Shown one piece after another: positions 29,433-39,015 of a stretch of DNA of 58,396 nt. Source of the DNA: Deltaproteobacteria bacterium. GTDB lineage: Bacteria > Desulfobacterota > DSM-4660 > Desulfatiglandales > B25-G16. The notes beneath the pieces are model-generated. The model had not been told where the DNA came from, made no database searches, and was given only the letters and a program-made list of their open reading frames with translations. Position numbers and translations under genes: made by a program. The stretch's first letter is position 1. Every line of letters starts with the position of its first letter. The DNA lies in the NCBI GenBank assembly GCA_020355085.1, contig CP070657.1:1967109-2025504 (forward strand), in the 5' to 3' direction.

Positions 29433-30851
29433 ATGGACATATCAGTTGATTGCCCCCAATGTGGGGCTGAGGTCGAACTGGCAGAAGAGGATACCGTTTT
29501 CAAGTGCCGCTATTGCGGCTCCACACTCAAACCCACAGGTCGAAATCGGGTTCAATCCTTTTTTATCTCACCTCGCGAGCCTGCGCACAAGGTAGGCACG
29601 GTGCTGATTCGTTCCCTGAATGCCAAGCTTGCAAGGCAGCTGCGCATCGTCGAACACCATCTGCTCTACGCCCCCTACTGGCGGGTTAACGGAATAATCT
29701 TTCAATGGGTTTTCGGTAGGAGGTATTTCAAGACAGCTAGTGGCGACAAATCCTGGGAGGACCTCAAAAAACTGAGGGCCACTCCCTGGGTACACACCTT
29801 TCCTGCCTTTGATGCCTCAAGATGGGGCCTGTTCTCCCTCGGGCTCAGGGTGCAAGCCCTGAAAATATGGCCGTTCAATAAACAAAAGATGGGCGAGGAT
29901 TCCCTGCTCATGAGGCAAACGGTTTCCTTTAAAGACGCTGTGGATCATGCCAGAAGATCCATCACGAAACACACTGGCAGCGGCTCGCTTTCCGTGGAGA
30001 TGGAGATTTCTGAGCTGGTAGGCGAAAAATACTCCTTACTTTTCTTTCCATTCTATAGCTTCACCCTCCAAAATAATGCCACGAAGTCTGAGGTTCTCGT
30101 CGATGCCCTTTCGCATAAGGTTGTCAAAGGTGATGTGGACTTGCATGAGCTGAAGAACTATTCACCGGGGGATAAAATCCCCTATAGGCCGCTGGGCTTC
30201 ATTCCTTTCAACTGCCCTAATTGCGGCTGGGAATTTTCGTTCAGACCCCGCACCATGATCCATTTTTGCAAGTCGTGTGGCCAGGCCTGGCTAGAGAGGG
30301 GGGGCAGCTATGTGTCCGTCCCTTATAAGATTGTTTCGCGCGATGGGAACCTGGAAACAGACTGTAGATATCTGGCCTTCTGGAAGCTCACGGCATCTAT
30401 CAAGACGCCAGAACGCGAATACAGATCACTCAATGAATTCTATGAGCTCTTCCCGCTTCCCCGCATCTTGGACCAGGAAAGGATAAAGAATAGAACTATT
30501 TCCTTATACATACCTGCCTTTAGGATAAAGAACGTGGCCATTGTGGATAAGTTCGCAGCCCGGCTCACGCAGTTGCAACCGATCCTTAGCGAAAATGACC
30601 CCGATTCAGCGAAAGCACTTGATATCTCCGACGTCTGGCTCCCCTTGAAAGAGGCCAAGGAGATGGCACATGTCCTGCTCTTCTCCTTGACAAAGGAAAC
30701 CCACAAAAGGACAAAAAAGGTGGTGAAGGCAGCAGAGCTCCGATTCACTGCGGCTACCCTCCTCTGCCTCCCCTTCGTGGAAAAGGGGATCTACCTAAGG
30801 GAGTTGGAAACCGACCTCGCCCTCCAGAAGAAGGCCCTGGATCTCGACTAG
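29433..30851 (+). CDS. Hypothetical protein with two zinc ribbons (472 aa)
   Basis: CPQCG...CRYCG at the N-terminus and CPNCG...CKSCG mid-protein. Only 6 nt separate it from the SPFH gene. Confidence 0.65.
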   Translation: MDISVDCPQCGAEVELAEEDTVFKCRYCGSTLKPTGRNRVQSFFISPREPAHKVGTVLIRSLNAKLARQLRIVEHHLLYAPYWRVNGIIFQWVFGRRYFKTASGDKSWEDLKKLRATPWVHTFPAFDASRWGLFSLGLRVQALKIWPFNKQKMGEDSLLMRQTVSFKDAVDHARRSITKHTGSGSLSVEMEISELVGEKYSLLFFPFYSFTLQNNATKSEVLVDALSHKVVKGDVDLHELKNYSPGDKIPYRPLGFIPFNCPNCGWEFSFRPRTMIHFCKSCGQAWLERGGSYVSVPYKIVSRDGNLETDCRYLAFWKLTASIKTPEREYRSLNEFYELFPLPRILDQERIKNRTISLYIPAFRIKNVAIVDKFAARLTQLQPILSENDPDSAKALDISDVWLPLKEAKEMAHVLLFSLTKETHKRTKKVVKAAELRFTAATLLCLPFVEKGIYLRELETDLALQKKALDLD

Positions 30852-31014
30852 GAGCTTAAGGCCAGGAAGCTTTCTCTCTTGGGAAAAGGAAAAGTCAATA
30901 AGCTCTGTCCAGCATACCCCAAAAACACACACCTGAAAGGCCTTAGTTCTGAAAGCGCGGGTACGCCGATATGGATGCCTTGCTTTTTGGCACCTTTTGT
31001 GGTTAGGTACCCTT

Positions 31015-31389
31015 ATGATTCGGTATGAACTGGCTTGGGATCTTCGTGAAAGAATAGTGGACATCCTCAAGAGGGTGGAGATGACCCATATCGACGCCTC
31101 GAAAGTGACCTGCCTGAGGAGCAAAGGTTCCCGTAGCAGGAGGACTATTGCCCGGTGCCATGGACTCTCCAAGATCATGCAGCTTGCCCTGAATCAGGGG
31201 CCTCACTATGTCATCGAGGTTATCTCCGAGCGATTCGACACGCTCAGCAGGGAGGACCAGACCAGGGTCCTAATCCATGAATTGATGCACATTCCCCATT
31301 CATTCGGAGGCGGATTTCGGTCCCATAGGCCTTACGTAACCCGGCAAAAGGTTGAGAAGGTTTACCAAGAATTCTTGCGAGCGCAGTGA
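31015..31389 (+). CDS. Small putative Zn metallopeptidase (HExxH)
   Basis: LIHELMHIPHSFGGGFRSH motif. About 125 aa from the ATG at 31015. Confidence 0.6.
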   Translation: MIRYELAWDLRERIVDILKRVEMTHIDASKVTCLRSKGSRSRRTIARCHGLSKIMQLALNQGPHYVIEVISERFDTLSREDQTRVLIHELMHIPHSFGGGFRSHRPYVTRQKVEKVYQEFLRAQ

Positions 31390-31548
31390 GTAAAGCTTCC
31401 GCACTTCCGCGCGGAACGCTTTACTACACGGTTAGTGTTTGAGCCCTCAAGAAAGGGTCAACAAAGGGTGTCGTTATTCTTGTGTCCAAACCTGACAACG
31501 TAAGAGGGGTTTCGGAATACTCTAAGGACATGGAAATGGAGGAAACCA

Positions 31549-32301
31549 GTGGATCCTCTAATAGCCCAAGGCAAGGATCTGATCGATAAGGCCGCTAGAA
31601 TTTTGGTTTTTTCAGGAGCCGGGCTCAGCACTGAATCAGGCATTCCCGATTTCAGGAGCCCGGGTGGTCTCTGGAGCAAATATGACCCGTCGGACTTCTA
31701 CTATGACAAGTTCATATCCGATGAAAAAGCCAGGGTCAAATACTGGAAAATGAGCACAGAGTCCTATCAGATCATGAAGGATGCCCTCCCGAACCCTGCC
31801 CATTTGGCCATCAAAGCCCTGGAAGACAGGGGAAAGTTGATGGCCATTGTCACGCAGAATATTGACCACCTGCACCACAGGGCGGGAAATTCGTCTGACA
31901 AGATTATTGAAATTCACGGCACCGCGTTTTCGGTTTCTTGCCTAAATTGCGGCAAGTCTTACGACAGAGATGAAATCCAAAAACGGATAACCTCAGGCGT
32001 TACGGTCCCTTACTGTGATGAATGCTCCGGTATTCTCAAGCCGGATACCATCTCCTTTGGCCAAGCCATGCCCACGGATAAGATGGCACGAGCAATTATC
32101 CACGCAAAAGAATGCGATCTGTGCATTACGCTTGGTTCATCCCTTGTGGTCTATCCCGCTGCCTCCATTCCGGTCTATGCGGTCGAAAACGGGGCGGCGT
32201 TGCTCATTATCAATCGGGATCCAACGCCTCTGGATTCCAAGGCGGATGTCGTAATAAACGAATCCGTCACAAAAGCCCTGAAAGAGATGGTGCAAGTTTG
32301 A
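31549..32301 (+). CDS. cobB: NAD-dependent protein deacylase (Sir2/CobB family)
   Basis: GAGLSTESGIPDFRSPGGLW, QNIDHLH, and the Zn ribbon CLNCG...CDEC. GTG start with a GGAGG RBS. Confidence 0.9.
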   Translation: MDPLIAQGKDLIDKAARILVFSGAGLSTESGIPDFRSPGGLWSKYDPSDFYYDKFISDEKARVKYWKMSTESYQIMKDALPNPAHLAIKALEDRGKLMAIVTQNIDHLHHRAGNSSDKIIEIHGTAFSVSCLNCGKSYDRDEIQKRITSGVTVPYCDECSGILKPDTISFGQAMPTDKMARAIIHAKECDLCITLGSSLVVYPAASIPVYAVENGAALLIINRDPTPLDSKADVVINESVTKALKEMVQV

Positions 32302-32442
32302 CTCTGCCCTCGGCACGGAACCCTTACGAGTACTATGTCATCTCATAGCCACTACAGTCCGCTTTTGATCCTAAATTGCGCAAATTTTCGACAAAAAAAT
32401 ACATAGAAATCCTTTTCAGGCCCGATAGAGGGCGGAAAAACG

Positions 32443-32471
32443 TTGACATGCGGGAATAAACATGTTTATAT
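32443..32471 (+). promoter_or_regulatory. Putative sigma70-type promoter for the HU gene (TTGACA-N17-TTATAT)
   Basis: Hexamers read directly from the sequence, about 45 nt upstream of the ATG. An AGGAGG RBS follows. Confidence 0.45.
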
Positions 32472-32515
32472 GCCGCAACATTTAACGCTTTCAGCAGAAA
32501 GGAGGGAAGAGTCAT

Positions 32516-32788
32516 ATGAACAAGGGAGAATTAATTGAGGCTGTTGCCAAAGATGCGGGTATCTCTAAGGCCTTGGCTGGTAAAGTCCTAGACAGCGCCA
32601 TTGACGCAATCACCAGCAGCCTGAGCAAGGGTGACAGGGTTGCACTGGTTGGATTTGGGACTTTCTCTGTAAGCTCCAGAAAGGCCAGAAGCGGAAGGAA
32701 CCCTCAAACCGGCAAGGAGATCCGGATTCCTGCCACGAAGGTCGCTAAATTCAAGGCCGGCAATAAGCTTGTTCAGGCGGTCAAGTAG
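32516..32788 (+). CDS. hup: HU-family DNA-binding protein
   Basis: [12 protein letters not shown]...[24 protein letters not shown]. Confidence 0.96.
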   Translation: MNKGELIEAVAKDAGISKALAGKVLDSAIDAITSSLSKGDRVALVGFGTFSVSSRKARSGRNPQTGKEIRIPATKVAKFKAGNKLVQAVK

Positions 32789-32816
32789 TTTTTTCTCTAG
32801 AGTTTAGTAGTTGTTG

Positions 32817-32856
32817 AAAAGCTGGGCATGAGAAAATGCCCGGCTTTTCTTTTTTC
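32817..32856 (+). terminator. Rho-independent terminator after hup
   Basis: Stem GCTGGGCAT / ATGCCCGGC (9 bp, one G-U pair), a 6-nt loop, then a TTTTCTTTTTT tract. Confidence 0.8.
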
Positions 32857-32968
32857 AGCTCTGGGCAAAGAACCCCTGCTCAAAGATGACGAAAGACCTG
32901 AGACACGCGGTCTCTCTATTCTGCTTTAGAATCCGAGTTTTGGAGGCTATTTTGAGGGAACGAGCAGG

Positions 32969-33856
32969 TCAAGTATTACGGGAGCTTCTCACTGGAAAGG
33001 GGGTTCTGTTAATCAAATTCAGTCCTACCCCACTCCCCACAATCAGGCAGGCCCCGATGAAAAAGCTAAGCCCTGGGGAATCATGAAACAGTAAAACCCC
33101 TGCAACGCCGGTAAACACAACCTCCGACATCAGGATCACCGAGCCCTCCGAGGCCTTGCAAAACTTGAAACCCTGATTCATAAGCAGCTGGGCTATGAGG
33201 AGAAGAACGGCCAACGCGATCAGCAGGGCGAAAAGCTCAAAACTGGGCAGGGTGAAGTTCGCGATAAACAAGGGAAACGAAACCGCTCCTCCCACCACGC
33301 AGAAATAGAAGTAGATAATCAATGGACCGTTGGTTCTCCTCACTCGCCGGATGATTACCACCGTAAGGCCTGCGAAAGCACCTGCAAGAAGCCCATATAC
33401 ATGGCCCATGCCAAGGCTGTGTGAACTGGGATTGATAAGCACGAATACGCCTATAAGGCCGACCCCGATGAGCGTCACCTCCATCCTGGCCAGCGATTCC
33501 TTAAGGATGAAAAACGAGAAAAGCGCTGCAAAAAGAGGAAACGTATAAAAGAGGACCATGGCGTTTGACAATGGAATCATGGCGATCGATTTAACCAGAC
33601 AGAAAAAGGCCAATGTGCCTGTGAACCCCCGCAACAACAGATACCGCGTGGAGCTACCCCTCAGAGATTCTTGTCCCCGTGCTAGCAAGGGCAAGAGGAT
33701 CAGTCCACCCAACACGAACCGAAAAAATGCGATCGGAACCGAGCCGATTGACGGAGAGATAAACTTGATGCAGATATCGCCAAGGGCGTAAAAGAACGCC
33801 GAAAAGGTCATCAGCAACAAGCCGCTATTCAGAAGTATCCTGATCATGTTTTGCAA
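32969..33856 (-). CDS. DMT-superfamily (EamA) transporter
   Basis: About 10 TM helices in two EamA-like halves. 295 aa. Confidence 0.8.
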   Translation of the reverse strand: MQNMIRILLNSGLLLMTFSAFFYALGDICIKFISPSIGSVPIAFFRFVLGGLILLPLLARGQESLRGSSTRYLLLRGFTGTLAFFCLVKSIAMIPLSNAMVLFYTFPLFAALFSFFILKESLARMEVTLIGVGLIGVFVLINPSSHSLGMGHVYGLLAGAFAGLTVVIIRRVRRTNGPLIIYFYFCVVGGAVSFPLFIANFTLPSFELFALLIALAVLLLIAQLLMNQGFKFCKASEGSVILMSEVVFTGVAGVLLFHDSPGLSFFIGACLIVGSGVGLNLINRTPFPVRSSRNT

Positions 33857-34157
33857 TCATATCCAGGGGGACGAATCAAAGGGCGGTATACTATACCGAA
33901 ACATGGCACAAGCCAAGAAAAAACGGCGGGAATTAGGTCAGAATACCTTGGCAGGCTTTTTCTTAAAGCAGCACCAAAAAGAAGAAATGGATCCTATATG
34001 CATGCCGGAATGGTCAAAGCTGATGGGGCATACCGATTGGGGACCCGCCGGAATGAGCGTCAGCACGTTTACGTAATACTATCGAAGCCTTGCTTGGGGC
34101 CCGCAGACGCTTCTGCAATGCAGGTTCCAAAAAGACCGTGGCAACCGTTGGTGGGCA

Positions 34158-35384
34158 TTATTCATAAATCTTTTCCGCATCGTCGGGCGTGATAGCATCC
34201 TCTTCTACGTCCCTCAGCTCAATGCTCCTTTCCCGCAACTCCTTATAGTATTCGTGCTGAATAAGGAGGTTCATTACCTCATTGGTGCCAGTCCAGATCA
34301 TGGCCAGCCGGCAATCCCTTAGAAAACGTTCTATTGGATAAACACTCGTATATCCGATTCCGCCCATGATCTGCATTGCATTGTTTATTACCTTCCATGC
34401 AGCCTCAGTGCCCACTTTTTTCGCCTCAGATACGAGTCTTCGAGAGTCACCACCCGAGTCGGCCAGCCTCGCAGCCGCGTAGACCAAGGCCCTGGCAGCA
34501 TCCAAGGCGGTAATCGAATCGGCCACCATAAAGCTTACGGCCTGAAACTTATCTATGGTTTTCCCGAAGGCCTTACGCCTCGTGGAATACCGCGTGGCAA
34601 CCTCGAGCGCGGCCCTGCCGAGACCAACAGCGCCGGCACCGCTTGTCAACCGCTCAGGCACCATCATCCTGTTAAAGATAGCATAGGCGTTGTGGAGCTC
34701 GCCAACAAGGTTCTCTTTTGGTACCCGAACATCCTTGAACACGAGACGTCCCGTCCCGCCGCCCCTTGTCCCAAGGAGATTATAAATAGTCTGATCCTCT
34801 ACACCCATACCCCTTTCGACGATGAAGCAGCTGATGGATTCATGGGGCGGTGCGTCGGGAGCAGACTTAGCATAGACCAAAAAATAATCCGAGTCCTTTG
34901 CGCCCACGATGAAACGTTTTTCACCGTTGAGCACAAATGAATCGCCGTCTTTCACGGCTTTGGTTGTAGCACCAAAGAAATCAGAACCACCGCGGGGTTC
35001 TGTTAGGGCTTCTGCGGAATAGAGTTTCCCTTGGTTGGTCGGTTTAAGGTAGCGCTGTTTCTGCTCCTCGGTTCCAAAGCTGTTCAGGGCTTCTCCAACA
35101 ATGCTCGGCATAACATAGGCGCAGGAAATCGAGTTTCCGAGAACGCCGACCTCCTCGATGGCAACCACCTCTGCTGCCCAGTTAAGGCCACGCCCTCCGT
35201 GTTCCCTCGGAAATCGCAGGCCCAGGAGATTCCGCTTCCCTGCCAACTCAACAATAGGTCTGCCCGTCTCTATAATGCTCAAGTCCATATCGCGTATCAG
35301 TTTGCTGGAGATATCATGTTTTACAAACTCCCTGACCTCCCTCTGTAATACTTTCTGTTCCTGGTTCAGCATGAAATCGAACAT
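34158..35384 (-). CDS. Acyl-CoA dehydrogenase
   Basis: ACAD signatures (ALTEPRGGSDF, GGxGY region, QIMGGIGY). I prefer the ATG at 35384, which has a GGGAGG RBS 6 nt upstream; the ORF opens at a TTG at 35405. Confidence 0.88.
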   Translation of the reverse strand: MFDFMLNQEQKVLQREVREFVKHDISSKLIRDMDLSIIETGRPIVELAGKRNLLGLRFPREHGGRGLNWAAEVVAIEEVGVLGNSISCAYVMPSIVGEALNSFGTEEQKQRYLKPTNQGKLYSAEALTEPRGGSDFFGATTKAVKDGDSFVLNGEKRFIVGAKDSDYFLVYAKSAPDAPPHESISCFIVERGMGVEDQTIYNLLGTRGGGTGRLVFKDVRVPKENLVGELHNAYAIFNRMMVPERLTSGAGAVGLGRAALEVATRYSTRRKAFGKTIDKFQAVSFMVADSITALDAARALVYAAARLADSGGDSRRLVSEAKKVGTEAAWKVINNAMQIMGGIGYTSVYPIERFLRDCRLAMIWTGTNEVMNLLIQHEYYKELRERSIELRDVEEDAITPDDAEKIYE

Positions 35385-35736
35385 AACCTTCCTCCCTGTG
35401 TTCAATCAAACACTCCGGAAAAGCTCCCGCTATCGCCGTAACGTGTTCACATCCGAACGCTTTTTGGCAAATGACACTGGCACTTCACTTTAGGGCTATC
35501 CATACAATAACCCTCTGCTGAGCATGGAGATATCTTTTTTTGACTCTGTCCTCCCATGGTTCAGAGGAGTGGGCGTTTCAAAACGGCGCACACAGGCTGG
35601 TACCTTAGTGCTAAGGCTTATGGGGAGGTGCGCCGGTTTGAAACAACCCTGCACGTGGCCTTGTTTAGAGGGCAGGGCAAAAAAAGATATCTACATGCTC
35701 TTTTGTATCGCCAGTTTTTTGGTAGACACTTCAACT

Positions 35737-37557
35737 TCATATATACTGTGCCGCATAGCTTCGGACAGGATGACCGTCCAGCACATGAAACTGCCTGATC
35801 TTCTTGAGCGTTACCGGCGAGAATATACCTATGGGAAGATAGATAATCTGCTTCCGCAAACGAGAAGCAAAGGTTCTGCACAGAGAAGACGGTGGCGACG
35901 AGGATACATATCCCACATGCCTTTCAAGGGAATAATCAAGGGCAGCGAGGAGAAGCCGCTCCGGCTTGTTTCTGGCGAAATCGAAAAACGGGTCCTTCCA
36001 TATGTCATATACCCTCAGGGGAGGAAAGGTAAGCATGAATCCCCCATACTGACATCGGGATATCCCGGGCCCGACCACCACCTCCCCTGCCGGCGTGCTG
36101 TAGAAGGCCATGTCCGATTCCTGATTATGCTCACCAAGCCACGTAACCCGCCACGGAAAATCCTCTTTGCCCCTCGCATCGGAGAGATCTGGATCGAAAA
36201 TAACCACCACAGAGCCAACCTTACCTCTTAAGGGGACATTCTCGCGCACGTATATGGTTCCATCCTTTATGTTCCTGAGGGTCTCCCTCATATCAATCCC
36301 ATCCATCATTGAGGCTAGAAAGGGCACTACCCTGCTGTTCTCCTCTGACTTCTCTTTCACTGCCCTCCTCTTAACATAATTGCCGAATCCCTCAATGATA
36401 ATATCCTCCGGCTGGAATGAGCATATGGTGTGAGCCTTGAATTCCCTTTTCCATTCTCCAGGAAATCGCTCCTTCTGCCGCTTCTTCACGGGCAACGGCA
36501 CCAACCTCCTTCGCAACGTTCTAAAATGACGATAAAATCTGATTCGCTTCTGATCGAGGAATAAATCCGTACCCCTCAGGCGGAGTACCGGCAATCGGGG
36601 GGAATCCGTCTGCCACGGATATTCTGTTGCCAGGTCCCAGAGCTCGTAAGCGAAGTTATCGTCAACCACGCCTCGTGCTGCCACCAGTATTTTGTAGAGA
36701 TCCGGCGTGAGGAACCCGCTCAGAAGGGCATAGTTCATGACGAACTTGTTGAAGGTCCTTAACTGGTTTAGGCTCACCTCTTCTTTGCTGCTCTTAAGGT
36801 GGCGTTTTCTGGACTTTTCCACGAGCAGATCAACGGCCCTCAATCTATCGGGTTCCGGCATCCGGGGATTATCCCTAAACCGTTCATACAGTGCAGCAAC
36901 AAAAGGTATCTCGGTCATGATTTCCCTGCTCGATTCCGCATGTAAATGGGCCAACATCACATGGCCGACACTCCTCCTGCCGATAACCGGCACCTGGGGC
37001 TTATCCAGATAAGTCAGAAGACCTGGTAGATGGGCAAGCCCGCCCACAAACATGATCCGTTTTCCTTGCTCATGCAGGCGTTGGAGATGGTACGCCATGG
37101 TGCGCTCCCGTAACTGATCCTCAGGGTCGGGCAGCGGACGCGGGTGCTCATCGAGAAAACTGCGGCAGTAACGCCAGTATCCTATCCGCTTGATCGAGTA
37201 GGGATCTGGCATGGGGGTCCTATCTATAGGGTATCCCTCGGTATCCCTGTCTATGAAATGCACGGGCAGATTCTGGGAAAGCGCCAACCGCACCGCTTCT
37301 ATTTGTCCGTCGGTCGGCTCAATGGGGAGGTAAACAAAGGTGTGATCCTTTTCCTCGTAGTATATCACGGAGAGCAAGGGTAATCGCTCGATGCCTTCCA
37401 GGAGCTTTTCTCCGATGGCAGGAGGATATTCGATCGCCACGATCTCGGGCTGAAATGAGGCGAATTGACGCCTAACCTCTGTGGCAAACTCAAGCCTGTT
37501 GTGGAGAACCGGGACAAGCCGAATATTCTTCCATTCAAATGGTTCCTTTGTCACCAT
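35737..37557 (-). CDS. Hypothetical 606-aa protein with an N-terminal TraB/GumN/Tiki-like motif set
   Basis: Motifs LVPVLHNRLEFA, RERTMAYHL and FVGGLAHLPGL resemble the TraB/Tiki signature (GTxHxx..E, ERDxxMA, VVGxGHxxG). The start overlaps the AAA gene end by 23 nt. Confidence 0.65.
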   Translation of the reverse strand: MVTKEPFEWKNIRLVPVLHNRLEFATEVRRQFASFQPEIVAIEYPPAIGEKLLEGIERLPLLSVIYYEEKDHTFVYLPIEPTDGQIEAVRLALSQNLPVHFIDRDTEGYPIDRTPMPDPYSIKRIGYWRYCRSFLDEHPRPLPDPEDQLRERTMAYHLQRLHEQGKRIMFVGGLAHLPGLLTYLDKPQVPVIGRRSVGHVMLAHLHAESSREIMTEIPFVAALYERFRDNPRMPEPDRLRAVDLLVEKSRKRHLKSSKEEVSLNQLRTFNKFVMNYALLSGFLTPDLYKILVAARGVVDDNFAYELWDLATEYPWQTDSPRLPVLRLRGTDLFLDQKRIRFYRHFRTLRRRLVPLPVKKRQKERFPGEWKREFKAHTICSFQPEDIIIEGFGNYVKRRAVKEKSEENSRVVPFLASMMDGIDMRETLRNIKDGTIYVRENVPLRGKVGSVVVIFDPDLSDARGKEDFPWRVTWLGEHNQESDMAFYSTPAGEVVVGPGISRCQYGGFMLTFPPLRVYDIWKDPFFDFARNKPERLLLAALDYSLERHVGYVSSSPPSSLCRTFASRLRKQIIYLPIGIFSPVTLKKIRQFHVLDGHPVRSYAAQYI

Positions 37558-38416
37558 TAGTGTCTAGAATAGCCGTAAAATACCCTGCGGCGATCTCATC
37601 CAGTATCATTGTGGCCGCCTCTTTGAGCGCCCCTATCACCGTCTCTCTAGGAGGCTTTGTGGCCTTGCCGGACCCATCGATCTTCAACCGTTTCAGGGCG
37701 TACCGAGCGATGTTGATGCCGTCCCTTACCGTGTACCGTTCATCTGCTGCGTGGGTGATCTGAAGGAAATTCACAACATAATCCAGGATCTGGTCATCGG
37801 CAAAGGGGAGATTGGCGGAGAGGATCAGCCGCTCCTCTTCCCTGTCGGGAAAATCCACGAGGATCTGGGGCTGTAGCCTTGAGTGGATATATTCGGGGAG
37901 GTCAAAGGTGCTTGCGTCATCGTTCATGGTGGCGCAGAGCCGAAAATCAGGATGTGCCTTGATCTTTATGCCGGCAACAATGGATTCCACATAACGCCGG
38001 TTATCCATCAAGGGAGCGAGGGATGCCCAACTCTTCTCGCTCATCCGGTTCCCCTCGTCGATAACCGCTACCCCTCCCTTGAGCATGGCGGTAACAATAG
38101 AGCTTGCCATGTATTTTATCTTGCCTTGGTCGCTAATAACCGGAGTAACGATAAGATCCTCTGGCCTTGTATCAATAGTCGCCTGAAAAAGATACGCCGG
38201 TCGATTGATACTTTTCGCCGCGTGGTAAGCGAGAGTGGTTTTTCCCACCCCGGGCTTGCCAATGAGCCGTGGATTCAAGGGGAAATCACCTGAACCCATG
38301 ACCAGCCAAGCGGCCTGTATCTGGGTAACCAATTCCCTTTGACCGACCCAGTCCATGGGCACTTCATCCGGTTGGCTCAGGTACAGGATTACGCCGTCGA
38401 TTGTTGCCGTCTCCAT
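37535..38416 (-). CDS. AAA+ ATPase, MoxR/AAA_5 (CbbQ/NorQ-like) type
   Basis: Walker A GKPGVGKTT and Walker B VAVIDEGNR. 293 aa single-domain ATPase with an AAGGAG RBS. Confidence 0.85.
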   Translation of the reverse strand: METATIDGVILYLSQPDEVPMDWVGQRELVTQIQAAWLVMGSGDFPLNPRLIGKPGVGKTTLAYHAAKSINRPAYLFQATIDTRPEDLIVTPVISDQGKIKYMASSIVTAMLKGGVAVIDEGNRMSEKSWASLAPLMDNRRYVESIVAGIKIKAHPDFRLCATMNDDASTFDLPEYIHSRLQPQILVDFPDREEERLILSANLPFADDQILDYVVNFLQITHAADERYTVRDGINIARYALKRLKIDGSGKATKPPRETVIGALKEAATMILDEIAAGYFTAILDTNGDKGTI

Positions 38417-38744
38417 GATGCTTACCGCTCCTTGCTGACCTCTTCGGGCTTTGTCCTGCCAAACCGCTTTCGCAGGGATCGCTCTTTCCGCATAGAGTCC
38501 CTTTCGTGTTGCGCCGCCCGTCCAGCTTCTTTCCTGCCCTTTCGAAGCCTGGCAAGTCGTTTTACTTCGCCGTACTTTCCATACCTTCCGCCCATGAGTG
38601 CTATTATGAGATCTCCTGTACCGAATGTCAACTTTCGTGAACCTTTTCTGGGCCAGGGATATGGTATTACGAAAACAGATCTATGGCTCGGCGCCCGTCC
38701 CTTTGAGACTTTTGCAAAACGTGACAATTCCCGTCATCCCAGAA

Positions 38745-38928
38745 AAAGACGATGGGCTTTTTTGCAGTGACTGGCGGAAGGGTGCTGTCTTTTCGCAACT
38801 TATTAGTGGGGGAAACCGCAGGCCCCGATTTATCGGGGCAATGCGGAGGGGGTAGAACTCCCCCATGGATAAGTTGCTGAAAAGACCAACCCGGGAGCCT
38901 CGGAACTGAGGAAAAGCCCATCGTCTTT
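38745..38928. ncRNA. Candidate structured RNA: ~184-nt rod-like imperfect palindrome, 6S-RNA-like (strand unresolved)
   Basis: A 17-bp perfect closing stem (38745-38761 / 38912-38928), then CAGT/ACTG, and an 11/12-nt central bubble. Further helices are GGGT/ACCC, GTCTTTTC/GAAAAGAC, GCAACTTAT/ATAAGTTGC, TGGGGG/CCCCCA, CCGCA/TGCGG and GCCCCGAT/ATCGGGGC, capped by a TT loop. Confidence 0.4.
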
Positions 38929-39015
38929 AAAGAATAGGCGTTATGCAAAGCTCTCTCTTTATGAGCCGGCCTAGCGCAAAGATCGCAGAGAAAAATAGTT
39001 TGCGGCTGAGCTTCG

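Noticed and set aside
38422-38727. 101-aa highly basic ORF upstream of the AAA ATPase
   Set aside because: It has a TTG start, no convincing RBS at either the TTG or the internal ATG, and a composition resembling frame-shifted GC-rich sequence. I mention it in the finding but do not call it a gene.
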